Positions 1 through 9,148 of a stretch of DNA of 52,752 nt are shown piece by piece. This DNA comes from a virus (lineage: Duplodnaviria > Caudoviricetes). The stretch spans positions 1 to 52,752 of IMG/VR virus record IMGVR_UViG_3300029985_000054. One strand, given 5' to 3'. Below the pieces are notes generated by a model, which was given only the letters and a program-made list of their open reading frames with translations, searched no databases and was not told the origin of the DNA. Within the stretch, counting starts at the first letter, position 1. Each line of letters begins with the position of its first letter. Made by a program: the position numbers and the translations under genes.

Positions 1-120
1 AATGTAGTTATGGTGTCACCAGCTAAAATTGCTGTATTTGTAGGGACTAATGGAGTGCCAACAAATGGTTGTTCAGCTACTAAATTTCCACTTCCATCTA
101 CTGCATTGAAAAATGCATTC
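1..120. repeat. Terminal direct repeat (circular assembly overlap) with 52632-52751
   Basis: 1-120 is identical to 52632-52751; only the final base 52752 differs from position 121. An ORF reads through the junction in frame. Confidence 0.95.
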
Positions 121-599
121 TGCACCTCGGCAACAGTCGTTAATGTAATATTATTGCCAGTTTTAGTTATGCCACCAGTTGCTTCAAAATTACCCTCTGA
201 AGCATTTAAAAATAATAAATTAGTGACATCAATAGTTCCTCCAGGCTGTGCTGATGATGCCCATGGAATATTTTTTTGTCCTCCGTTCCCCACAAGAACA
301 GTTAATCCAACAAAATTAATCCATACTGTATATTGAGGATTCCTAGTTAAAGGATTTCCCACTCCATTAAAATTATATATACCATCTGCTGGATTGCCAC
401 TCCCTGAATCAGGTGTTTGGTTTTTTACTAGTATAGTATCGTTTAATACTAAAGTATAACCGTCTATCGTTGTAGGTGCAGATGTTAGACTAATATTAGC
501 CGTAGTTGCTACAGTTACAGGGAATGTATTGCCAGAGCTTCCTCCAGACCCTCCACTACTAAGAGGGGTGTATCCTATTCCGCCAGTAAATCCAGACAT
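1..599 (-). CDS. N-terminal part of the large tail fibre/tailspike; continues across the origin into 52631..49523 (1235 aa total)
   Basis: ATG at 599 with AGGAG RBS at 606-610. Open to base 1 (MSGFTGGIG...VATTANISLTSAPTTIDGYTLVLNDTILVKNQT..., a common virion-fibre N-terminal motif) and joins in frame to LADKTQGQFN...MRYDANG. Missing from the ORF track. Confidence 0.85.
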   Translation of the reverse strand, partial: MSGFTGGIGYTPLSSGGSGGSSGNTFPVTVATTANISLTSAPTTIDGYTLVLNDTILVKNQTPDSGSGNPADGIYNFNGVGNPLTRNPQYTVWINFVGLTVLVGNGGQKNIPWASSAQPGGTIDVTNLLFLNASEGNFEATGGITKTGNNITLTTVAEVQNAFFNAVDGSGNLVAEQPFVGTPLVPTNTAILAGDTITT

Positions 600-608
600 A
601 ATAATCTC

Positions 609-962
609 CTAAGTTGATTTTGTGCTATCTAAAATTATATTTACAAAGTTTGTATTAGCAAGTGTATTTGTTATAATCTGAAGTTGATAAACAGCTTGAT
701 TCACTGATAATGATAATGCGTTTGCTACATCAATTGTAGTTGGTACACTACTATTTGGAATATTCTGCCAAATAGAATTAGCAGACATTTTACCATTTAC
801 AGTTATTGAACCTGTCATCCCAGTTGATGGAATAGTTAACGCTGCATCATTATAAAACTCAAAAGTAATTATATTACCAAAAGTATCTAGTGTATTTATA
901 TTTTTATTTATAGGACTAGTATATGTGCCATTTGCTGCCGCAATTACAAAATTTGCCCTCAT
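609..962 (-). CDS. Putative virion structural protein (beta-rich, 117 aa)
   Basis: Lies between the fibre genes; T/N/I-rich; tightly packed in the operon. Confidence 0.5.
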   Translation of the reverse strand: MRANFVIAAANGTYTSPINKNINTLDTFGNIITFEFYNDAALTIPSTGMTGSITVNGKMSANSIWQNIPNSSVPTTIDVANALSLSVNQAVYQLQIITNTLANTNFVNIILDSTKST

Positions 963-1181
963 TTATTTGTCCTTTAACTTATATCTTGTTTGTGGATTAC
1001 CATCGGCATCAATATAGATTTCTTTTTTATCTTTCAATGCTTGTATGTATATATTGTAATCTTCTTGCGTGATTTTTAGTCTATACCAGCTATTGTCCTC
1101 TGCGTTTAATGGTTCTTTATCATGACTCATTAAAACATATATTTCATTATTTATTATTGTTAAATAGTATCCTGATTGCAT
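963..1181 (-). CDS. Tail fibre assembly chaperone-like protein
   Basis: KITQEDYNIYIQALKDKKEIYIDADGNP resembles the Tfa motif; directly downstream of a fibre gene. Confidence 0.55.
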   Translation of the reverse strand: MQSGYYLTIINNEIYVLMSHDKEPLNAEDNSWYRLKITQEDYNIYIQALKDKKEIYIDADGNPQTRYKLKDK

Positions 1182-1191
1182 ATTGTTTCCC

Positions 1192-2400
1192 TTATGTTAT
1201 AGATGTGGCGGTAAATGCAAAGTTGAAGTATGCTCTTAAAGCTCCTGCTCCACTAGTAGCAGCAGAAAAAGAAAGCGTAAAAGATGCTATACTAGATGCA
1301 CATATTATAACTTGATCGTTAATTGAGGGCAACGATACGGGGAAATTTGCAGTACTATATGAAAACCCTCCCACCCCAGTCGCCCCAGTTATTCCAAGTG
1401 TGGAGTTTAGATCAATGCTAAAATTATAAGTGCTTACATCTATTCCAGCTAAATCAATAACCCCTCCTACATTCCCATTCCATGTAGAACCATTGAAAGT
1501 AGCATTCATGTATATATTTTGATCCCCAACTACTGCTACCTTTCCTCTAATATTATTAGTCACCACAGGCAATTCCGATATATAGGCAAATGTCAATGCA
1601 GGGTCAGTTACTGTAGCGCTACCACCAGTATAATACGCTCTAGTGCTACCATTAGCAGTTATTGATATTGGGGCAGGTAGGATAGGCAAATCAGCTAATG
1701 TGGCGTATGTAGCACTACCGCCAATTTGCGCACCACTCGGATTACCTGAATATGCCCTACCATTAGGTGGCTGTATCATATGACCAGTACCTGCGATTAA
1801 ATTACATCCTGTTGATGTAGCATTAACTGTATATATATTGCCACTTGCATCAGAATTAACTAATGAGGTAACTCCGTAATTTAACCCATAATTCTGCGCA
1901 CAATTAGAATCAATAAATACTGTATATACCCCTGAGGTATTAGTTATTGCACATATTGGCATATAAGCCAATGGATTTGATGCTGCTGCTATTTGTGCCA
2001 ATGTCATTGCTGTGCCTAATATTGCTACCGATGTTTGGCTATTGTATGTATCTAACGCAGTAAATGTTACATTAGCCACAATATAATACTGAGATCCAGG
2101 GGAGCTTGGGGACGTTACCGTAACTGATGCTGAATTATAAGTGGCAAAGCATGGAGCTATTGTTGTCAATACTGGAATAGTCTGATCTGGGAATCTAACT
2201 ACACCATTTGTAAATGCAAATACATTACTAGTTCCAACTTGCCCAAAATTATTAATAATATTCCCTACTCCATTACATATACATGGTGTAATTGGGAAAA
2301 ATGAAGTTAGTTCTTGTGGAGTGTTATTATAAAATGTAGTCATATTATCTGCATTTACATTTTCTAAGTTCCTAAATGCTTGTATTTTAAAATTTGACAT
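1192..2400 (-). CDS. Baseplate-attached tail fibre protein
   Basis: Follows the J/gp48-like genes; G/T/S/N-rich beta composition. Confidence 0.65.
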   Translation of the reverse strand: MSNFKIQAFRNLENVNADNMTTFYNNTPQELTSFFPITPCICNGVGNIINNFGQVGTSNVFAFTNGVVRFPDQTIPVLTTIAPCFATYNSASVTVTSPSSPGSQYYIVANVTFTALDTYNSQTSVAILGTAMTLAQIAAASNPLAYMPICAITNTSGVYTVFIDSNCAQNYGLNYGVTSLVNSDASGNIYTVNATSTGCNLIAGTGHMIQPPNGRAYSGNPSGAQIGGSATYATLADLPILPAPISITANGSTRAYYTGGSATVTDPALTFAYISELPVVTNNIRGKVAVVGDQNIYMNATFNGSTWNGNVGGVIDLAGIDVSTYNFSIDLNSTLGITGATGVGGFSYSTANFPVSLPSINDQVIICASSIASFTLSFSAATSGAGALRAYFNFAFTATSIT

Positions 2401-2409
2401 ATTTATCCT

Positions 2410-3780
2410 TTAAATAATTGTGTAAGTAATATTTTTATATATTACTCCTAGATATATATTAATTTCAACCGTTCCCGTAGTATTCGCCACGAAATGTTCA
2501 TTTGTACCGTCAAAGTACGTGCTTAATAAAATAGAATCTTGGGTATAAAATTGGGTATAATATACTATAGGTTCTGGTAATACTATAGGTTCAGCAGATA
2601 TGGGTGTTATTGTAACCGTATAATCTGTTCCATGTGTTAAGGTGTTTCCACTTGGAATAGGACTTAAGGATACTATAAAGTCTGTAATATCACCACTACT
2701 AGAAATACCACTATATCCCAATGCTTGAGCTAATTTATTAGGATTATACTGAATACATGCCACATTATTTTGTCTTGGGTCTCCAAGATAAGTGTCTGCA
2801 ATATAAGCCAAATGTAGGTCATCAGCTGTATATGTGTAATATACATTTAATAATAAATAAGGAGGAACTAGTCTTCTTATAAACCAATTTAGTTCTGTCT
2901 TAAATTCATTTGATAACACATTACTATCGGCTAATATAAATATTGAAATAGTATAATCATTTACCCCAGGGAAATCATTACCTCCATTAAATATACATTG
3001 CCCTAATTTATTTAAATTTAAAATAAAAGAGGCGCTAATATTATTAATTGTAGATTCCCCTATTAATACAAACTTTTTTACTCCTAGTCTAAAATTTATA
3101 TATTGAGAGATATTATAAGCTAAAAAATATGGATTGGTGTTATTATTTATATTGGTTTGATATAATAATTGTAATAACGCAGGATAATTTGTATTACTCT
3201 GGTAATATAAAGCATTAGTTCCTAATAATGCTTGTTCCCATGCTGGATTACCACTGTTGGGAAATAAATTAGCAGATACTGTAGTTAAATCAGTAAATGC
3301 GACACTCTGAGTATCAGATAGTATAGTTTGCAGCAAAGAGCTATCGTATATCTGCGCTAATGTAGTAGCAGTAGCTGTATTATCACAAAATACTGGAGAG
3401 TTAGGATTATTAGAGGTGGTATAAACACCTTTGGGTAAGTAACTTATAAAGTTTCTATATAAATTATTTATAGTGGGCAATGATAAATTCTGCACAAAAC
3501 ATAAAGAAAAATATTGCGGAGGATTATTTAAATATGTGATTTTTAAATATACTGTTATATTTTGAGTGCTGCCCTGCACAAATAAACTTGCAGTATTAGT
3601 AGCGCTGTCTATATCTATAATAGATGCGCCTACTGTAGGTTGTAATATTTGAATTGCTGCATCAAGAGTAACATTAATTATACTATAATCATTAGCAATC
3701 CAACCAATTTGAAATGGGGATAATGTTCCTATATATGATGGGTTAGGAAATAAATAAAATACTAATTTATTGTTTCCCAT
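2410..3780 (-). CDS. Baseplate wedge protein (Mu gp48-like position) with extensions
   Basis: Follows baseplate J; contains YLPKGVY, PAWEQALLG and FIRRLVPPY motifs. Confidence 0.55.
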   Translation of the reverse strand: MGNNKLVFYLFPNPSYIGTLSPFQIGWIANDYSIINVTLDAAIQILQPTVGASIIDIDSATNTASLFVQGSTQNITVYLKITYLNNPPQYFSLCFVQNLSLPTINNLYRNFISYLPKGVYTTSNNPNSPVFCDNTATATTLAQIYDSSLLQTILSDTQSVAFTDLTTVSANLFPNSGNPAWEQALLGTNALYYQSNTNYPALLQLLYQTNINNNTNPYFLAYNISQYINFRLGVKKFVLIGESTINNISASFILNLNKLGQCIFNGGNDFPGVNDYTISIFILADSNVLSNEFKTELNWFIRRLVPPYLLLNVYYTYTADDLHLAYIADTYLGDPRQNNVACIQYNPNKLAQALGYSGISSSGDITDFIVSLSPIPSGNTLTHGTDYTVTITPISAEPIVLPEPIVYYTQFYTQDSILLSTYFDGTNEHFVANTTGTVEINIYLGVIYKNITYTII

Positions 3781-5198
3781 TATGTACCTGCCAATATAAC
3801 ATTTAAAATGCTTACATCTATATCATACACTATTAATGCTTCATAAGTTCCTAGTGTTGGGATAAAGACAAACTCGTTAGAATCTTGTAAGCTTGGAACT
3901 GATATATAACCAGTAGTAGGATTAGATATTCCACCAGGAAAGTATGCAATTTGAATCCCCAACAATAAAGATGCAAAATTACCCTGCAAATTGCTATTAT
4001 TAGCTAGCCCTTGCATAATGGTATCTTCAATAAAGCTTATTGGGATTCTTTGATCAGTGACTCCGTTATAAGGAATAGCAGAACCCCCAAGAGGGGATGA
4101 TATTATTGCTCTTCTAAATTCTCTTTGAATAATTGCTTCAACTGTAATATACCCAGGAGAAGGTAAATTTGGCAATGTAAGCTGTGTAGATAATGTTAAT
4201 CCTGCACTAAGGCTCACATACACATTAAAATAAGTACCAGCCTCTGGAATGGTAGCATTAAACTCATAAGTAGCTGCGGTTAAGACATCTGGGTTGGCAT
4301 TAACTGGATTTACATTGTCAATATAAGATTGTACACTTGCAATATCTATTAATGATGCATTACGCTGTATAGGAGCCACAGCTTCTGCAAACCCATTAGA
4401 TATATTGCCATCAATATAGTAATTAGGATCTGGGTTACCCTCTAATATTATAGGGAAAACGATATTATTGGTTCCAATAGAATTTGTAGTAAATATCTGC
4501 ACTTGAGTTACATTTGGAGAGCCAAGGAAGCACCATGCATAATAATCTCCAATACTTCCACCACCTCTTGGATTCAATGAATAATTAAATATTCTAGCTG
4601 CAAAAGTATTATCATTTTCCACATTTGATCCAAGCACCATTCCTGTAGCAGGAACTGCGCACGATGTTATGGTTTGCATACTACTAATTACTATAGGGGT
4701 TGTAAAAGTTAAAACATCATTAGGGGGGCTTTCAGTTCCAGTCCCCAAATTTACTGATATTATTGGTAATAGTGTATCTACAATAGTATCTCCTATTGCG
4801 ACCTCAACATCAACAGTAGTTATATATTGATTATTGGTAATTGCATCTTGCATAGTTGTGCCAGCTAATATAGTATAGTTAGCAAGGAATGTAGAACCCC
4901 CAGTTCCAACTTGTAAAGGTGCTGAACATTGAGATGGCAATCCCCCCATACGTGGTGTCATCCCTAATGCTCCTGCATGTTTATCTAAGTATACTCCACT
5001 TGAACTCGCAGCAAATATATTATTAGCTACAAGTTGTATATCTTGAATTATATTAGCTCCAATTTGTGATGTGGCATTAGCTTTAAAATATAAATCAGAA
5101 CCTTGTATTGCAGGTGCTAAATTAGGGTTTAATGTTGTTATAGCATTATCATATACTTGTACTAATTGTGCCTGACTTTGTGGTATATTTGGATTCAT
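3780..5198 (-). CDS. Baseplate J / Mu gp47-like protein
   Basis: GSDLY...SSSGVYLDKHA..LGMTPR and GSNVENDNTFAARI...PRGGGSIGDYYAW motifs. Confidence 0.9.
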   Translation of the reverse strand: MNPNIPQSQAQLVQVYDNAITTLNPNLAPAIQGSDLYFKANATSQIGANIIQDIQLVANNIFAASSSGVYLDKHAGALGMTPRMGGLPSQCSAPLQVGTGGSTFLANYTILAGTTMQDAITNNQYITTVDVEVAIGDTIVDTLLPIISVNLGTGTESPPNDVLTFTTPIVISSMQTITSCAVPATGMVLGSNVENDNTFAARIFNYSLNPRGGGSIGDYYAWCFLGSPNVTQVQIFTTNSIGTNNIVFPIILEGNPDPNYYIDGNISNGFAEAVAPIQRNASLIDIASVQSYIDNVNPVNANPDVLTAATYEFNATIPEAGTYFNVYVSLSAGLTLSTQLTLPNLPSPGYITVEAIIQREFRRAIISSPLGGSAIPYNGVTDQRIPISFIEDTIMQGLANNSNLQGNFASLLLGIQIAYFPGGISNPTTGYISVPSLQDSNEFVFIPTLGTYEALIVYDIDVSILNVILAGT

Positions 5199-5199
5199 A

Positions 5200-5574
5200 T
5201 TATCTCGTTATAAATGATAAAGGCAATGAATAAGTATTTTGATTATTATCTAAAATGTCACAATTTATAAATGCTTTATTGTTAGTTATAGTAGTTACCG
5301 AAGTTGTTATAGCCAACACTCTTCCTGAATCTATCATGGGTTTTAAACATGCATTTTGCATGGTAGTTAATATTTTAGAGGTTATCAATACGGTCCTATT
5401 ATTAATTAGTAGAGGTATTTCACTTCCAAATGTAGTATCAAATTGATAACTACCTAACGGAGTAACTGATCTAGTATATGCTTCTGTTAATACTGCCAAC
5501 CTTTGTTGTAGTATACCATTCTCTGCCACATAATCATGTGTTTTAAAACTTATAAATGTTGCTAATTGGCTCAT
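5200..5574 (-). CDS. Baseplate protein, Mu gp46/gp25-like
   Basis: TPLGSYQFDTTFGSEI and CLKPMIDSGR motifs; size and position fit. Confidence 0.8.
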   Translation of the reverse strand: MSQLATFISFKTHDYVAENGILQQRLAVLTEAYTRSVTPLGSYQFDTTFGSEIPLLINNRTVLITSKILTTMQNACLKPMIDSGRVLAITTSVTTITNNKAFINCDILDNNQNTYSLPLSFITR

Positions 5575-6206
5575 GATATTATCTCACCATTGGTATCTAC
5601 AAACATTTTGCTGGGAGATTGATTAACAAATGTTTGGTCTCTTGTGTAATTAGTGGTGGGGATATAAGCAGGAATTGGCGTTGTACTTGTAGATGCTAAG
5701 GTTCCTCCCACTCCTGCCTGTAATGTGGGGATTGTATTAACTAATTGATTAATAACCCCAATCATAACATTTACTTTCGTTTCTAATGCTGCAATCTCTG
5801 CTATAGTATCTATGGATAGAGTATTAACATTCTCATCTATAGCTACACGTGTGCTTACAACATCCATTGCCGCATTAGTAAATACCATATATAATTTATC
5901 ATTCTTTATTTGGAATGTATAATTACCTTTACTTAGTAGTGCCACTTCACCCTTTAATAATCCCGCTACATTCCTATCTTCTGATAATTGATTAGTATAT
6001 CCTGTAACCGCTGATGCATTAAAATCACCCATTCCATTATATATGCAAGTAGAATTATCATCAGGAATAGCTATATAACCATAAGGGGTCGGTACTGGAA
6101 CAGATTTAGCATAGCCATTAACGGTGCTATAATTCACTGTAACTGTTACCGCAGGAGATGGAGCATAATTTAATGTTCCATTAGTAGTATAGCCAGCATA
6201 TATCAT
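5571..6206 (-). CDS. Baseplate spike (Mu gp45-like)
   Basis: PYGYIAIP...DR...LLKGEVAL motif; position after the hub gene. Confidence 0.7.
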   Translation of the reverse strand: MIYAGYTTNGTLNYAPSPAVTVTVNYSTVNGYAKSVPVPTPYGYIAIPDDNSTCIYNGMGDFNASAVTGYTNQLSEDRNVAGLLKGEVALLSKGNYTFQIKNDKLYMVFTNAAMDVVSTRVAIDENVNTLSIDTIAEIAALETKVNVMIGVINQLVNTIPTLQAGVGGTLASTSTTPIPAYIPTTNYTRDQTFVNQSPSKMFVDTNGEIIS

Positions 6207-7870
6207 TATGTAATCTCCTGTAATTGGTCAGCCCATAATGCAGTAAATACATAAGGCTTGCATAAATTTAATGTAGTAACTGATCCAGTTTCTAAACTCC
6301 ACTCAATGGAGAAGCCATAACAAAACAATTCTGTTAATCCATCAAAATTATCATTTTGTACATTAAACATTTGCACCATCTGATTCAAGGGTAAAATCCT
6401 CAACCTTCCTAATTCTTCATTAAAAGTAGATACTGTAGGCATTGTAACATTTACTAGCATATCTTGCAATAAACTTTCGGCTAACTTCCTACTTGCATAA
6501 AGAGACATTAAAAATTTAATCCATTCTAAGTTGGTATTACTATTGGTTAAATGTATATTTTGATTATCAATGTTCAACATAGACTTCATTCCTACAACCC
6601 CACTTGTACCATCAACGCCGTTAGCTATATTAATTGCAGTATTTAATAAACCACTATTTTGTAGTATGGCATCTCCATCTATTGCTTCAATATCAAATAG
6701 AGTTTGCAAAGCTAAACCACTTTGTACAAAATCATAAGCTCTAGGAAATATATTATGCGGAGGTGTTGCAATAGAGAATGGCGCATTAGATGCATTATTA
6801 CCTGCATTAGTTGACAAATTAAACTCAGTGAATAATTGATTAAATGTACAATATGCTCTATTTTGGATAACTGCTGTATTTTTCTCTAAATATACTCCTG
6901 TTATACCTATCCCACTTGGTATCCTATCATTATCAAAATTCAAGCTCCAATCTTCATCAGTGTCAAAAAATGTACTTAGTGGGGTAATAGTAAAATCCCC
7001 AGCAGGACTAACATAAAATACACGCTGATATGGGTATAATAACTGCAATATACAGTCTAATTTTGACCCTGTTGGTGGGGTAGTAGCCAAAACCCAAGAA
7101 TTTGCTCCTATAGCACTTCCTGAGGTAGATTGCGGAGTTTTAGTATCTGGTTTTCCAGTAGCAATCTTTTCTGATACAGTATCTGTATATCCCGCAAAAT
7201 ATCTAGTATTGGTTACTGTTTGGCTAATATAGGTCTCTTCAATTAATTGTGTTAATAAATTACCAAATTGAAAATTCTGAGTAAGTATACTGGTTAATTG
7301 TGTACCTTGACTTTTTGAATCTGATTGTGTTTGTACTAATTGACTTCTAGCTAATATATTTGGTAAATAACCTATAGGTATTCTTAACAATGTCCCATCT
7401 ATGTCACTATTAATTTTAATAGGGGCTTCTATAGTTCCAACAATTAATTGTGGGTTATAACTATCGTTTATAAATCCATTTTCAGTGGTATAACTAATAC
7501 GTATTATGTCATTGGCTCTAAATAAATTGCATAATGGATTACTAAATACATACTTACCTCGATTAGAATTAATCTTAACTTCTATAAAACATTGTCCAAT
7601 TGGGCTAAATATATTATTTGATACATTAATCTTGGTAATCGCTATGGGATTATACACATTAATTAGATCAGAATAACTTAAATCATTTTCACCATAATAC
7701 CTAACTTCATCTCCCATATATTGTAATGTGGTTTGTTGTATCCCATTTAATATTTCAAATATAATAGTATCTACCCGTTGACCGTCTCCAAGGGTAAGGT
7801 ATTTACCTAAGTCATTATCTCCATTCGTCATGATAGGTTCTATTGTTATAGTATAGTTTACATTTGCCAT
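6206..7870 (-). CDS. Baseplate hub (Mu gpP/gp44-like)
   Basis: Between the N-like gene and the spike; FYVSPAGDFTI and WSLETGSVTTLNL motifs. Confidence 0.65.
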   Translation of the reverse strand: MANVNYTITIEPIMTNGDNDLGKYLTLGDGQRVDTIIFEILNGIQQTTLQYMGDEVRYYGENDLSYSDLINVYNPIAITKINVSNNIFSPIGQCFIEVKINSNRGKYVFSNPLCNLFRANDIIRISYTTENGFINDSYNPQLIVGTIEAPIKINSDIDGTLLRIPIGYLPNILARSQLVQTQSDSKSQGTQLTSILTQNFQFGNLLTQLIEETYISQTVTNTRYFAGYTDTVSEKIATGKPDTKTPQSTSGSAIGANSWVLATTPPTGSKLDCILQLLYPYQRVFYVSPAGDFTITPLSTFFDTDEDWSLNFDNDRIPSGIGITGVYLEKNTAVIQNRAYCTFNQLFTEFNLSTNAGNNASNAPFSIATPPHNIFPRAYDFVQSGLALQTLFDIEAIDGDAILQNSGLLNTAINIANGVDGTSGVVGMKSMLNIDNQNIHLTNSNTNLEWIKFLMSLYASRKLAESLLQDMLVNVTMPTVSTFNEELGRLRILPLNQMVQMFNVQNDNFDGLTELFCYGFSIEWSLETGSVTTLNLCKPYVFTALWADQLQEIT

Positions 7871-9147
7871 TATTGTCTAATCTTCTTATTCGGTGAAATT
7901 GGTAATATGAGAGGCGTATTTTTAGCTATATAGTTTGTACTAAAAATAACGCTTTTATTTAATTGTAATATAGAATTTGATTGACTAAAATAATCTAAGT
8001 TATTTAAAAAACATATATCAAATAAATTACTATCATACGGAACAATAAATTGTTTAGTAGTACCATAAAACCCATTTAGTAAAGATAAAGACAATTTATT
8101 CATCTGTGATTGTAGGGCAATTAAACTTGTAATAGAATCATATATCGCATTAACATTTATCTGATTAAGTATAGTCATGCAGCTTTCAATGTTAGCATTA
8201 TTGAAAGTTAATATAGTATTTACATCTGTGGGGGTCATGTTGCTATTAAAGTAATATAAAGATGGAATATCATTTGTTGGAGTGGTTATAGTATTATTTA
8301 ATGGAACACTATTAAATCCTGCTGGTTTTAGATTAGACACTAATAATTTAGTAACCACTAAAGAAGTATTAACTGTACTCAATACTGATTTCTGACTATT
8401 CTGGATAGATTGTCTAACACTATTAGTATTACCTTTTGAACCAAAAGCATTTAATAATGCACTAGCTTCTCCCCATATAGTTGCCAGAGAGCTAGTAATC
8501 GTTAGTATTGCAGTAATAGCACCAACTAATGTTATTCCTCCTTGAACCACATTACTAGTATTATAACTTAAGGGCTGTGTACTCATAAAGTTAAACTGAT
8601 ACTGACAAGATCTCCATAATTTAGGATTATGCATTTTCTGTAATGACAATAGTCTTACATTCTGGATAGTCCCTAATATTGGATGCACTAATACATATCT
8701 ATCATCTTCTGATGCTGCTGCTGGATTAGTTATAACATTTAATAAATTATCTAATGCTTGGGTATATGACCCTCCCCAAATAATACCTTGGATACTAAAT
8801 GTTTCTCCATGCCATCCCATATCTTCAAATACATCCGCACCATTTGGGATGCTATGCGTAATAATCTTACTTCTCATGCCATCAGAGATTGCCGTACTTA
8901 CGGTATTAGTACCATAAGGCAATTTCATATTGTCTTGTTGGTTATTGGTAACTCCGAGCAATGATTCTGTTGCCCCAACTAAAGCATCAATATTGAGTAA
9001 CTCATTGCCTAACCTTTTTAAGGTAGATGGCACGGTGTGGAATGCTACACCATTATAAGAACCTGTTTGTATCTGCCAGCTATCTAGCCCAAGGGCGGTA
9101 GCTAATTGTTCAACTGCTGAAGTAATACCTAATACTGATAAAGCCAT
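7870..9147 (-). CDS. Mu gpN-like 'DNA circularization'/tail protein
   Basis: GSYNGVAF...HSIPNGADVFEDMG...FSIQG...LVHPILG matches the DNA_circ_N pattern; follows the tape measure. Confidence 0.8.
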   Translation of the reverse strand: MALSVLGITSAVEQLATALGLDSWQIQTGSYNGVAFHTVPSTLKRLGNELLNIDALVGATESLLGVTNNQQDNMKLPYGTNTVSTAISDGMRSKIITHSIPNGADVFEDMGWHGETFSIQGIIWGGSYTQALDNLLNVITNPAAASEDDRYVLVHPILGTIQNVRLLSLQKMHNPKLWRSCQYQFNFMSTQPLSYNTSNVVQGGITLVGAITAILTITSSLATIWGEASALLNAFGSKGNTNSVRQSIQNSQKSVLSTVNTSLVVTKLLVSNLKPAGFNSVPLNNTITTPTNDIPSLYYFNSNMTPTDVNTILTFNNANIESCMTILNQINVNAIYDSITSLIALQSQMNKLSLSLLNGFYGTTKQFIVPYDSNLFDICFLNNLDYFSQSNSILQLNKSVIFSTNYIAKNTPLILPISPNKKIRQ

Positions 9148-9148
9148 A

